A DNA stretch of 64,000 nucleotides, taken from Eledone cirrhosa (taxonomy: Eukaryota). The first letter of the stretch is position 1, and every line of letters begins with the position of its first letter. Location of the stretch: positions 20,274,001-20,338,000 of the forward strand of contig OZ024760.1 in NCBI GenBank assembly GCA_964016885.1. Direction: 5' to 3'. The notes under the pieces are model-generated. The model made no database searches. It was not told the origin of the DNA and worked only from the letters and a program-made list of their open reading frames with translations. Of this stretch, positions 13,167-26,239 are shown piece by piece. The translations under genes were made by a program, and so were the position numbers.

Positions 13167-13590
13167 AATTAGTCATTTACGAAGGTTTTTCAAGGCCATA
13201 TTCCTCCAAAACATCAAAAAATCATGTGAAAAACATAAATCTTAACATAAAATTGAGAGAAAAATGTTTACCATTCCACCAGTCTCCGAGACTAGTATAA
13301 TAATATTTGCCTCTGATTTAGGCACAAGGCCAGCAATTTTGGGGAGGGGGGGGGGGGGGGGGAAGTCGATTAAATTGATCTCAGTGCATTACTGGTACTA
13401 TATTTTATCGAACCTGTAAGGATGAAAGGTAAAGTTAACCTCAGCAGGATTTGAACTCAGAGACGAGTGTAATAATAATAACACATACCAAATGGGTCGA
13501 TGGGTTAAGTTTATCATCTAAGATCGGGCTTCCACTAAATCGCAAATATGTGTGTGTATGTGTATATATAAATATATATAATATAATATA

Positions 13591-13949
13591 AGTATTGAAG
13601 TTTCCGTTGAAAATTGTATGTCATAGGAGTGAAGAGTGCTCTATGTAAGTTACAGAGCTAAATTTAATGTATAATAAACAATACAATATAATTACCTCAT
13701 TACCAGAGGTTTCCCGAATAAGACGAATACAAGAAACGTCCGCATTCGTTCGTCAGACAAGGCAATTTAAAACAGTGAAATATTTGAAAAATCTCCTCAA
13801 CTTTTGCCTTTCTTGAAGAGATTTTTTCAAATATTTCACTACGTTTTAAATTGCCTTGTCTGACGAACGAATGCGGACGTTTCTTGTATTCGTCTTATTC
13901 GGGAAACCTCTGGTAATGAGGTAATTATATTGTATTGTTTATTATACAT

Positions 13950-13951
<2 letters not shown>
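13591..13951. mobile_element. Fold-back element, family B
   Basis: Inverted repeat 13665-13951; shares GAAGAGTGCTCTATGTA..ACAGAGCTA with 9103-9532. Confidence 0.7.
13849..13926 (+). ncRNA. Type I hammerhead ribozyme motif (family B); mirror copy on minus strand at 13690-13767
   Basis: AATTGCCTTGT-CTGACGA(13860-13866)-stem II-GAAA(13903-13906)-CCtctGG-TA-ATGAGGTAATT; GUA site at 13913-13915. Confidence 0.8.
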
Positions 13952-13988
<37 letters not shown>

Positions 13989-14062
13989 GGGGGGGATAAT
14001 ATGTATGCATGTAAATATATACATGTGTGTGTATATATATATATATATAAATATATACCCCC

Positions 14063-14093
<31 letters not shown>

Positions 14094-14094
14094 C

Positions 14095-14225
<131 letters not shown>

Positions 14226-15205
14226 GTTTTAGTCGACAGGAATTATGATGGAAGATACATCTTGAATGTATTATTGTACAAGGGGATGAGTTCAAATCCC
14301 GCCGAGGTTGACTTTGCCTTTCATCCTTATGAGGTCGATAAAATAAAGTACCAGTAACGTACTGGTATCAATCTAATCGACTTTCCCATTTCCCCTTCCC
14401 CCAAAATTGTTGGCCTTGTGTCTAAATCTGAAGGCAGTATCGGTAGAGGGTCGGGCGTCATGCTTGGACGCATAGAGTTACAGCCCTTTCCATTCTGAGT
14501 TCAAATCCCGCCTAGATCAACTTTGTCTTTCATCCTAACGGAGTTGATAAAATAAAGTACCAGTAATGTACTGGGTCATTGCTGGCCTTGTGCCAAAAGT
14601 AGAAACAATTATTATTGTACAGGGAGCTATCGAACGTGAAATAACACAATTACCAAAGTGAACTCCTTACCACACAATCATTACCCCAGTCTTGGATCTA
14701 GACCCTAGAAATAAATTCTAGGAGATACATTATCTAATGAATCCTTTTTGTGTTTTCTTTTTCTTTTTTTTTTTGAGACATTAAGATGTGATTTGGTAAA
14801 GGAAGGATGAGGGATTTAACTGTTATTTCTAGCAAGTCGTGTAACCATTAGACGTTCTCTTGAGTTATTTAGCAATAAATCATTAAATTTTGAAGAAATA
14901 ATGTAAAGCATTTATAGAAAATCCCGATTGAAGATTAAACTAGAGTTATCAACGAAATTTTAGGAGTGGAATATATGTAAAGAATCTTAAAAACGTAAAA
15001 AGTAAAATTATAGGATATATGGGATTCCATAGTTTATATGAATGTAGAACCAGTGAACGTTATTTGAGACAAGTAAAGTGGTCACATATATATATATAGT
15101 ATATTAAATTAAACTGAAGAAAATATGGCACTAATTAGCTTACAAATAACAATATTTACAGATTATGGATAGATAAAAAGAAATAAAGGTAAATTGTGTA
15201 CTTAC

Positions 15206-15277
15206 GTCGTCTGAACTGACATCAGTACCTCCAACAGAGGTGGATGTCGGTTCTAGGACAGCTCTGTTGCCCGACAT
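15206..15277 (-). CDS. BTBD9: BTBD9 putative first coding exon (MSGNRAVLEPTSTSVGGTDVSSDD)
   Basis: ATG at 15277, 24 open codons, GTAAGT donor, phase 0 matching the next exon; non-repetitive island. No conserved residues, so the assignment is by phase and position. Confidence 0.6.
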
Positions 15278-15394
15278 TACACCGAAAACAATTAGGTTAG
15301 ATTCCAAATGAAAGTTCCGTCAAGGGCAGATAATTTCACACTAACGATATTATACTTCATGAATATTCATGAGTTGTGTGAGTGCGTGAGTGCT

Positions 15395-15437
<43 letters not shown>

Positions 15438-15599
15438 AAATAAAATAAAATAAAATAACAGGAGGCTGGACTGGTGTAAATCCTTGAAAGGTTTATTATA
15501 CTATGATCATTTCAATGACCAAGTTCCATATGAATCCGGTGATATCATCTGGTATTGGAATATAACAAAGGAATATGTAAAAAACCAACAAACCTAAAG

Positions 15600-15633
<34 letters not shown>

Positions 15634-15843
15634 GCGCACGTAAACCCTTATCATTATGATTATATTTATTACATATATATATCCCTATGCAGTTGACGGA
15701 CAAGAGAAAAGAGTACTCAATAGCGGAGTAGAGTTTAAATATTATTTAAATTCTATTAAGGCTAAATGGTGAGTCTTGTTACTCTGGAGTTTTACCTGCG
15801 CATACAGAATATATATATATATAAAATAAAAGAAAAGAACGAT

Positions 15844-16416
15844 TTAAGTCTTCATTACGTTTATTGAGTAGTGACGCGCGTTTCACTATTGACCAGCTCA
15901 AGGTTCGATCTGTATCGATCTAGCCCGACTCTGGAATCAAAAGTTCGTCGGACCTCTGCTGTGGTAATGACAGAATGAAATTGTAGGGCTTAGAAAGGTC
16001 TATAATGATTCACATTCATTTATGGTGGGCAGTTACTGTTGTTTGATTGGTGGTTTTGGTATGTGTGATAGGTGGAGGGGGGGGGGGGGATTATAATGAC
16101 AAGGTGGTGGTGGGGAGCGATGGTTGGTGTGATGTTTTAGCTGTTTCATAGACGTTGTGACGTGTATGTGGTGAGGGTGCTGGGTGTGGAGGTGGTTATG
16201 GGCTATACGTGATGGGAGATGAAAGAGTGCGGTGTTGTACTAGGGGAGGGGGGGTCCTGTTAGTCAGAAGTTTTTTTGTGAAAGAGGAATAAAAATAAAA
16301 TAAAATGAAGAAAAAATAAAGGGTGAGGCTTTGGTGTAAACTTTCTATATTTTTAAAGGGATTTTTGTACATTAAAAAAAGAAGAGATGTGGCTAGTGTG
16401 TGAAATGAATATAAAT

Positions 16417-16447
<31 letters not shown>

Positions 16448-16760
16448 AATGCACACACATACATATATACATATACAACCATCGCTCCCCACCACCACCT
16501 CTTGATTATAATTCTTCCCCCCACCTATCACACATACCAAAATATTCCTTATAGGGAAACCACCAATCAAAACAATAGTAACTGCCCACCATAAATAAAT
16601 GTGAATCATTATAGACCTTTCTAAGCCCTATAGTTTCATTCTGTCATTACCACAGCAGAGGTTCAACAAGCTTTTGATTCCAGACTCGTGCCTGATCGAA
16701 CCTTCAGCTGATCAATAGCGAAACGCATGTCACTACTCAATAAACGTAATGAAGACTTAA
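15844..16760. repeat. Diverged inverted pair (15844-16126 and 16476-16760) upstream of BTBD9
   Basis: Arms align in reverse complement with indels, e.g. TTAAGTCTTCATTACGTTTATTGAGTAGTGAC / GTCACTACTCAATAAACGTAATGAAGACTTAA. Confidence 0.85.
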
Positions 16761-17196
16761 CAAATCATACTTTTACTATTATATTTGCACACTGCTGAGT
16801 TCTACGCCTCTTTACCGACTGGAAACTAAGCATTGAGTGCTCACTCGGTTGAACCTACAGTAACTGCATGTTACACTCCCTATATATATATATATGTTGG
16901 TACCACAACATCCAGTCCTAAATAAATGAGGCCAGTAGGTGTCACGACAAAAAAAAAAAAACACAGTCAACACTAATGTGGCCGTGTAGGTAACACGATA
17001 AAAACCTCCCAGTCCACACTGTAAACGTGGTTGGTGTTAGGAAGGGCATCCAGTCGTAGAAAACCTGCCAGACAGTCCTATACGAGCAAGACAACCAATC
17101 TTGCCTCAAGTGGGACAATTCCCGTCTAAACCCATGCTAGCGTGGAAGATAGACGTTAAACGATGATGATCATGATGATATATATATATATATATA

Positions 17197-17710
17197 AGAG
17201 GGTGTTAAAGTTTGCTTGAAGCATTGTGAAATGTGTAAAAATACGTATTTAAGAAAGCCACAACAATGCAAAGGGAAATCTCGAGGTAGGAAGTGAAATA
17301 TAGATAGGAAAAACAGGTGAAAGTGAAAGTTGAGAGAGACAAAGATGAAAACAAAACAAAGGTAGAAGGGTTACCGTAGTAGAGATTTTAATCCCAATAT
17401 TTCGGGCTCACGCCCATCAACGGGGGAAAAGTTCCAAAAGGGGGGAAAAACAGGCCAAGCGGAGAAAGTGGTGATGTCGTTAAGACAGGAATGCCTGTTT
17501 TTCCCCCCTTTTGGAACTTTTCCCCCGTTGATGGGCGTGAGCCCGAAATATTGGGATTAAAATCTCTACTACGGTAACCCTTCTACCTTTGTTTTGTTTT
17601 CATCTTTGTCTCTCTCAACTTTCACTTTCACCTGTTTTTCCTATCTATATTTCACTTCCTACCTCGAGATTTCCCTTTGCATTGTTGTGGCTTTCTTAAA
17701 TACGTATTTT

Positions 17711-17712
<2 letters not shown>
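17197..17712. mobile_element. Fold-back element in (TA)n, family E
   Basis: About 220-bp essentially perfect arms (17236-17455 and 17493-17712); partial extra copy at 17827-17938. Confidence 0.65.
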
Positions 17713-17741
<29 letters not shown>

Positions 17742-19567
17742 GGTGTTAGGAAGGAGATCCAGCCATAGAAAACCTGCCAGACAGTCCTATACAAGCAAGA
17801 CAACCAATCTTGCCTCAAGTGGGACAATCTCGAGGTAGGAAGTGAAATATAGATAGGAAAAACAGGTGAAAGTGAAAGTTGAGAGAGACAAAGATGAAAA
17901 CAAAACAAAGGTAGAAGGGTTACCGTAGTAGAGATTTTGATGATGATGAGAGAAAGAGCGAGAGAAGGCGGTGAATTGACAGAGATGTTAGAAGATCGGA
18001 TAAAAAGCTTTGCTGTATTTGTTCAGACTCTCAGCTCTCTCAGTTCAATTCCTGCCAAGATCAACTTTGCTTTTCGATATTAAAACAAACAATACCAGTT
18101 CAGTATTGAGGTCACGTCTGTCTCTATATCTCTTCCTCTGTATCACCGTCTCTCTCTCTTTTGGATATGAGGAGGACTCCACCAGATATGTCGTGATGGC
18201 GTCCCTACGATTCTACGAAGAGTTAAGGGTTCATATACAGATTAAAGAAGAGAAAAAAAGAAATGGATTTCCGTCAGTTTCGATGACGAACAACTATTTC
18301 TGTTATTTGATTGATTACACTTACAACACATTCATGTAAAGGTGCATGGCTTAGTGGTTAGGGAATTGGATTCACAATTATGAGGTTGTGAGTTCAATTC
18401 CCAGACTAGGGGATGTGTTATGTCCTTGAGCAAGACACTTTATTTCACATTGCTCCTTCTACCAGCTATTATGACCAATAAATAGTATCAGCAATGGAAA
18501 TGGAAAGACCAACGGAAACATTGTTTCCTTGGTCCGATTTGATAAGTCTCACGCCACTCGGTAAGTGAATGAGGTCTGGGATCTTGTCAATCAAACTCAT
18601 TCAATCAACATGTAAATGGCTGAGTATTCCAAAACCTCGTGTACTCTTAACATAATCCTTGGGTAAGAATTAGCTTGGCCCCATCCCTTTCAATTACATA
18701 TACAGTCCATCTGACTCCCTCGGGTTTAGTCTACTGTTTTTCTCACAGTTGTGTTTGGGTGAATCTACAGTTGAAAGACAACCACAAAGTGAGGTGCAAC
18801 TTGGAATCTCATGATTGCTAAGATAATTGGATACATACACTGTGAGGCTAGGGAACCAGAAGTGCAGGGGCAGTGTTGCTGGATGCAAGAGGGCAGTGAT
18901 GTCACATCAGAAGTGCAGGGCTGGTGTCTCTCTCTCTCTCTCTCTCTCTCTTGGTTCATGTGCTGCAGCTGGGTGTGGACACTTATGATGACTGGCGTGA
19001 ATGAGTGTCAGTTTTGCTATGTTCTCTGGCCAGACGTGAAACAGGTGAGCATGATGCAGGGAGATTCAAAGCTAGGTCCCTTCGCTTCTTATGACTCATA
19101 CATACATAAATGCTTGGTAAACACAGATCTGTGTCAAACAACATGAAATGAAATGTTTTGCTCAAGACCACAACACACAACCCACTCGAGGAATCAAGCC
19201 AACAACATCCTTACCACAAGGTCACACTGCCTCCACAATGGATTAGTTATCTGTGAAACTCAACTGGGATGCGTGTGTTTATTGGCAGTATGATATATAT
19301 ATATGAGGCATGTTTCTCCTCTGAAGACCTTCTGCTGTCCAGCTCTCTTGAGAGTTTCTTACCACTATATATACACACACACACACATACATACATATTA
19401 AAAATGGCATCGAACTATAAACATCTTAGCAAAATGGAACACAAGCAAGAGGCGGACATTAGAGTCGTTTGGTCTTAGACCATGACAACTTGTCCAACCC
19501 ATGCCAGTATGGAAAACTGATGTAAAACAATATATATATACACACCCACACAATATATCTATATATG

Positions 19568-19910
19568 GAGGCACATGGCTTAGTGGTTAGAGCATTGGCC
19601 TTGCAATCAAAAGGTTGTGAGTTCAATTCTCAGACCGGGTGATGTGTTGTTTCCTTGAGCAAGACACTTTATTTCACGTTGCTCCAGTTTACTCAACTGT
19701 AGAAATGAGATGATAGGGACTGGGGTTCCTATCATTCCACTGCAAAGTGGTCGTGGAGGTGCCACAGCAAAAAAGCACCCAGCACTCACCGTAAATGAGG
19801 TTGGTGTTAGGAAGGGCATCCAGCTGTAGAAATCAAGCCAGAATCAGTTCCCGTCCCACCCTTGCAAGCAGGGAAAAGCAGACGTAAAATGAAATGATGA
19901 TGATGATGAT
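19568..19910 (+). mobile_element. tRNA-derived SINE with RTE-like (ATG)n tail; near-identical copies at about 2245-2585(-), 41799-42233(+), 56768-57093(-); partial 18341-18455(+), 47085-47325(-)
   Basis: A box TGGCTTAGTGG, B box GAGTTCAATTC, CCTTGAGCAAGACACTT core, GGTGTTAGGAAGGGCATCCAGC segment, GATGATG tail. Confidence 0.88.
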
Positions 19911-19979
19911 ATATATACATATATACAATCCTTATCAAGCCCTCTTTGGATTTTGGTCTTCATATCTATTATATACCGG

Positions 19980-20172
19980 GCAGTGGATTGGCAGTATCGG
20001 TAGAGGGTCTGACGCCATGCTTTCCAGCATAGTTACGTCCCTTTACAGTCAGAGTTCAAATCCCGCCGAGGTTAACTTTGCCTTTCATCTTTACGGGGGT
20101 CAATAAAATAAAGTACCAGTAATGCACTGGGTAATTGCTGGCCTTGTGCCAAAAGTAGAAACAATTATTATT
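19980..20172 (+). mobile_element. Second tRNA-derived SINE family with a Meta-like core; many copies (about 4405, 11030, 13310, 14285, 14435, 22045, 25585, 30030, 30360, 43260, 58385, 59490, 59650, 62140, 63830)
   Basis: GAGTTCAAATCCCGCCGAGGTTAACTTTGCCTTTCATCCT...GGGGTCGATAAAATAAAGTACCAGT core and GGCCTTGTGCC..(ATT)n tail. Confidence 0.85.
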
Positions 20173-21254
20173 ATATACCGTTTATAAACAAGTTTCATCT
20201 GGTTTATTGTATTCTATTACAATCTATCTTCTCCCACTCAGCTCTCTATATCTTAACTCTTCCTACCTTGCCCTGAACCACAGAAAAACTACACAACCCA
20301 CTATACATATATATGATGATGATGATGATGATATGTGTGAGATACATGTAAATTTGTAAATTTAACTTGTGACTATTCACCCAAGTGGCAAAGATTTGAA
20401 TTGCCGAAGTTAACAGATATAAGTGAGAAATTTAGAGTACCAACAGATTGAATCATCAACATCAAATATATATATACACACACACAGACACACACATACT
20501 TCAATGAAAATAGAAGGCCAGATTCCAATATATTTCCTTAATGTTACACAAAGACATATGTATTATGTATTGGTGAAACAGTAACTCTTCACCATTTACG
20601 TTACTTCGAACTTTGATAGACAGCCTGAGCCAATTCTGGCTGAAGCCTAACTTAATAGCACCACCTCTCTATATTACTATTGTATTTTCATGGTAAGAGC
20701 TCTATTTCACATAATATTGAATCTATGAGATTTTGATGTTATTTTGAGAACAATACCTTAACATCAGTGTGAGTGGCCACTTACAGCCAGGGGAGAGAAT
20801 TCTGGCCGGATATGGCCAGTTTAAATGCTAAAGGGTTAAAAAAATACTTTGGAATCTCGCTTTATTGTATTTTCATTGAGGTATTTACTTCTGTTCCTGC
20901 ACCAACCATGAGATACCACATCTATGATGGATGATACACATAACATGGAGTGCTTTAGCTTATTACACCATGATCTGCTAATTGGAATGACTGGATCTAT
21001 CTATTAGTTAAACTATCCATCAATAAATGTGTATATATGTAACCCATGCTAGCATGGGAAAATAACATGAAACAATGATGATATATACCATATATACTCA
21101 AATATAAGCTGAGAAATATGTAACAAAAAAAAAAAAAATTGATGGTAGAAGGGGATGGCTTATATTCATGGTCAATATTTTGGCTATTGGTTTGGATTTT
21201 TGTCCATTTCTCAGACATAAAATAGTGGGGTCAGCTTATATTCAAGAATATGCA

Positions 21255-21293
<39 letters not shown>

Positions 21294-21364
21294 CATACAC
21301 ACACACACTTCATTTATGCATTTGTTTTGCAAGATTTCCTATCTGAAAACGCGTGTTGAAACGG

Positions 21365-21606
21365 ATATTGTTATACTTTGGTAGGGTCGTGCAGCCAATA
21401 AAAACACATGCACCTGTTGGTTTTCACTTCAATTTATTATAAAGTTCCAGTTTAATAACCAGATGGTGAGGAAAGAGCTTTGACAATAAACAAATAAACA
21501 ACCATCCAGTTATTAAACTAACCAATTGGAAGTTTATAATAAAATGAAGTGAAAACCAACAGGTGTGTTTTTACTGGCAGCATGACTCTCCCAAAGTATA
21601 ACAATA
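21365..21606. repeat. Imperfect fold-back element
   Basis: TATTGTTATACTTTGG...CCAAAGTATAACAATA ends and CACCTGTTGGTTTTCACTTCA / TGAAGTGAAAACCAACAGGTG inner arms; TA run on the right. Confidence 0.8.
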
Positions 21607-22624
21607 TATATATATGTGTGTGTGTGTGTGTGGCTAGTGCTAGGAAGGACATCCAGCTGCAAAATCCCCAGCCAAATTTAGTTCTCGTTGGAGCAAGGTA
21701 CACCGTCACCAATTCTGGCCAGATTTGTTTCCCAACGTGGACAACCTATCTAACCCATGCAAGCATGAAAAAAATGGATGCTAAACAGTGATGATGATAT
21801 ATGTATTTTTGAAATTAACTGATGATGTGTTACCTAGCGATGATAGAAGTTGAGTTAATTGGGGGCGTCCCCACTTCAATGAAATAAGAAACAAAGCCTT
21901 CTATCAAAGTGCTTCCATTTAGAATTGAGCAGGGGGAGGACAATAGGGGCGGAATATAACCCAAAGGATAAATTAATTGTTTAATGTTGATGTATTATAT
22001 TTAAAGGGTTTAGTTTTAATGATTCATTATTTTGAAGAACACTGGATTGGCAGAATCAACAGAGCACCGAACAATATGCTTCACAGCAGAGTTACAGCCC
22101 TCTACATTCTGAGTTCAAATCCCATGGAAGTTAGCTTTGCTTTTCGTCCTTACAGGGCTCGATAAAATAAAGTACCAGTAACACACTGGGGTCGATTTGA
22201 TCGACTTTCCCATCCTCTAAAATTGTTGGCCTTTTGCCATAATCAGAAGTTAAAAGGGATATATGGTTCCAATATATCTGGTAGCCATAACTTGACACAC
22301 ACCAGAATTTGAGAGTGATTGTGGCCTGATGAAGTTCATCCTCTTAGTACTAGTGGAGTAGGTTGGTCTTTAATTTACGCTGTAAATGTGGTTGGTGTTA
22401 GGAAGAGCATCCAGCTGTAAAAATCTCAGCCAAAATACAGTTCTGTCTGAGCAAGGTATAGCACAGCCAACTGGCCAGACCTGTCTCAAGCACGGAAAAA
22501 TAAAACATTAAATGGCGATGATGATAATGATGATGGTGATTTGAACATTTCAATGCATTTTTGGTCAGTTGAAGCTTATTGTATTTTGTTTGAAGACAAA
22601 ATAATTATTATAGAATTTATTATC

Positions 22625-22890
22625 ACAGGAAACAGAAACATAACACAGGAAACACAGAAACACAACGCAGGAAACTGAAACACAACACAGGAAACTGAAA
22701 CAACACAGGAAACGGAAATACAACATGGGAAACAGAAACACAATGTAGGAAACAGAAACACAACGCAGGAAAGAGAAACACAACGCAGGAAAGAGAAACA
22801 CAACACAGGAAAGAGAAACACAACACAAGAAAGAGAAACACAACGCAGGAAACAAACACAATGTCGGAAACAAACACAATGTCGGAAACA
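22625..22890. repeat. 20-bp minisatellite downstream of the CWC22 stop
   Basis: CACAACGCAGGAAAGAGAAA-like units, about 13 copies. Confidence 0.9.
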
Positions 22891-23217
22891 GATTCAGTGT
22901 ACAAGAAAGGTGATAAAATACGAAACTGAAAAGTTGAAAAGCAATAAATTCATCTCAAAAATATATATAGACATGGAATCTGATGGTGGTGTTTTATTTT
23001 TCTTTGTCATATATCATGTTTAATTATAACAGCTTCTAGTTGAATAGGAAGAAAACAGAACAGAAAAATGTTTTTTAGACAGAAAAAGGGAAGGAGGGTT
23101 TAAAAAAAATAATGAAAGAACAAAAAATAGAAAAGAAAGTCTTTTTTTAAAAAAAAAAAAGGAAATTTAAAATAAAATATATATATATATCAGGCACAAA
23201 AACATTTTCTTATTTTT

Positions 23218-24017
23218 TTAGTCCCTATTTCGGTATTTTTCAGTTCGTTCTCTATCCCCATGTCCTACACGGTCCTTTTGAATGTAACTGTCCCTTCTGT
23301 TGTTGACATAGTCATTTCGATATCTTTTCTGTTGTCTAGGGTCCCGCCTACCACCATTCCCATCACCCCGATCAGTATTCCGTCGATATGACTCCCGCTC
23401 GTTCCTCTCCTTGTCGTAGTAGCGGTCCGAGCGATCGCCATTGCGGTCCTTGTCGTAGTACCGGTCACTCCGGTCGCCACGATCACCGAATCGGTCTAGC
23501 TCGTAGCCCCTGTGCTGGCTACGATCCCAGTCCCTTCGGTTTTTGTCCCACTGATCAGCAGTGGCGGTGTTGGAGGAAGATGAAGCATATGAACCCACCC
23601 TGTCCCCATAACCACCACCACTGCGGCTTCCTCGCTTGTCCCCTCCCCGAACCCTTCTCGATCGTTCACTTTCGTCCTCATCGTCATCACTACCACCACC
23701 ACCTCTGCTGTTATTACGGGGTGGCGGCAGTGAACCGGCTGCACTATCATTCCGTGACCATTCCATTGGCCTGTGCTCATGGTTTCTGTCCCGAGGGTCG
23801 GTCAAATGTGTGACCCTCTCGTCGGCTTCCCTTGACCCAATCCAAGATTCCTTGCGATGTGACCCTCCAGCAGTTGCATAAGCCTGTTGGTTGACTCCAT
23901 TGATGGCGTCCCTTCCAGAACTGTGCTCATGAGAGCGATGTTTGTGGTTAACAGAGCTGGTTGCCTCATGGTTCTCCCTCCGTCTTTTCAGATCAGTCTT
24001 AGAAGTAGATCTGACAT
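23218..24017 (-). CDS. CWC22: CWC22 terminal coding exon, R/D/G-rich tail, TAA stop
   Basis: TACAG acceptor, phase 1, length consistent with the frame ending at stop 23218. Confidence 0.85.
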
Positions 24018-24108
24018 CTGTATTTTGAAAAAATAGAAAAGTAAAAACAAATTAGAAAAACAGACCAAGATTTAAATTTTCTATCAAAGAGAAATAATTT
24101 AGTTAAAT

Positions 24109-24152
<44 letters not shown>

Positions 24153-24667
24153 CATATATAAAATATTAAATACAATGAAGGCCATATGCAGTTGTGACTA
24201 GGTTAGAAACTAAGAAACACAATAGCTGTAAAGTTAAGATGAAGTTCTGTGATTTAACACTTTTATTTCCATATTTCTAATGAAATACACTGCCGATGGG
24301 TTGCAGTTAATTTTGGAAATAGAAAATGTAGAGATATTTAATTAAATAACTAAATTTTTCCTTATTAAGTTGCTTATTAAGTTGCTTATATATCAATAAG
24401 AGAGAGAGAGACCATTTATGTTTACCAATGGGTAGAACTGGCGATTCCAGTTAGTAAACTTAGATGCAATAAATTAAAGCACTCAACATTATGCAGTTCA
24501 TCCATCGTAGATGTGGTATCCAGTTCTTACATAAAATTATTTTGCAAGATTTTAATATAATTATGAACACTTTAAAATGGGGTTTTCTATTGTAGCACTA
24601 GGGGCAGTTTCAGTCAGATTGGTAACAAAAAGGTTAACAATGTAAGAAGTTCAAACCTTACTATAGC

Positions 24668-25121
24668 CATTCTACTTTACCTCTGACCAGGCCACTCTGG
24701 TTTACCTCTGACCAGGTCACTCTGCTTTACCTCTGACCAGGTCACTCTGCTTTACCTCTGACCTGGCCACTCTGGTTTACCTCTGACCAGGTCACTCTGC
24801 TTTACCTCTGACCAGGTCACTCTGCTTTACCTCTGACCTGGTCACTCTGCTTTACCTCTGACCTGGCCAGTCTGGTTTACCTCTGACCTGGTCACTCTGC
24901 TTTACCTCTGACCAGGCCAGTCTGGTTTACCTCTGACCAGGCCACTCTGCTTTACCTCTGACCAGGCCACTCTGGTTTACCTCTGACCAGGCCACTCAGC
25001 TTTACCTCTGACCAGGCCATTCTACTTTACCTCTGACCAGGCCACTCTGGTTTACCTCTGACCAGGCCACTCAGCTTTACCTCTGACCAGGCCATTCTAC
25101 TTTACCTCTGACCAGGCCACT
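24668..25121. repeat. 25-bp minisatellite
   Basis: TTTACCTCTGACCAGGCCACTCTGG, about 18 copies. Confidence 0.95.
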
Positions 25122-25826
25122 ATGCTTGGTTAAGTCAGTCTGTCTTTGGTCATAGGTTGAGCTGAGCTGGAGTAAACAAGAGAGCAAGTATGTGGATACA
25201 CAAACAGCTAAATATAGCAGACAAATCTTGCTCAAATAACTTATTGGCATAAAAAATAAAAATAAAAAAATAGGGGAAGGACACATTTGATAATGTAATC
25301 CTGGACAATGTCCTGGAAACAATGACAGGATGGTCAGAGTTGAGATATCTTTCATCATAGTTATGGTTGTGTGTGTGTATCTGGCGTTTTAGAACAGATA
25401 CACTGTATCCCTGTGTCATAAAAGAGGGGACTAAAAGGGTTGGGGTCAGGAAGGGCATCCAGCTCTAAAACATTGTCTCAAAACATCCCCATCCAACCCA
25501 TGCCAGCATGGAAAAGTGGATGATGATGTGTAACAAAAGCTGTAATCTGCTGCTAAAAAACAACTATTCCACCAATAATAATGGTTTCAGATTTAGGCAC
25601 AAGGCCAACAATATGGGGGGGGGGGGGGGGTCGATTAATTCGACCCCAGTACATTACTGGTACTTTATTCAATCGACCCCCGTAAGGTTGAAAGGCAAAG
25701 CTAACCTTGGTGGGATTTGAACTCAGAACATAAAGGGATGATATAGCTATATGCCGAGAAGCATGGTTTTCGACGCTCTACTAATTACTGCCAACCCACA
25801 GTAATCATAAAAAAATTGTTACGTAC

Positions 25827-25945
25827 TTTCGGAAGAACTGCTGCTTCCACTGCTGCTGCTGCTGCTACTGGAGTCCGAAGAGGATCCAGAGTCTGTGGAC
25901 GATTCTGAACTGTCTACGGTGTGTTGGTCTTCACCTTCAGCATTG
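25827..25945 (-). CDS. CWC22: CWC22 Ser-rich exon (NAEGEDQHTVDSSESSTDSG...)
   Basis: Hand translation; AG/GT; phase 2 to 1 bridges the neighbouring exons exactly. Confidence 0.8.
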
Positions 25946-26239
25946 CTATTGAAACGGAGAGACGTTGTAAAAACATAAATATAAATTCTTAAAAAAGTAT
26001 ATTAGCTTAAAATAAGCTTTTGCAATGCAGGTTTTTAGATTATGAAAATAGTAAAAAAAGTTGGGTATATAAGACCCTAGAAAGAGAGAAAAGTGGACAT
26101 TATTCCCTGTGGAAGTCAAACTAACACCTGCAATAATTCTTCTTTCTCATCATACACATCTTGAAGGGCTTTCCTAAATTTATATTTAAGTGAAAGGTCC
26201 TTTAGCTTCCAGACCTTCCTGTGTGTCTCATTTTGTCTC

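Noticed and set aside
12794-13300. 168-aa repeat ORF
   Set aside because: A 60-bp minisatellite that is stop-free by chance; 61-bp units break the frame.
19568-19645. tRNA-like sequences with A and B boxes
   Set aside because: They are SINE heads followed by core and tail, with no intact cloverleaf.
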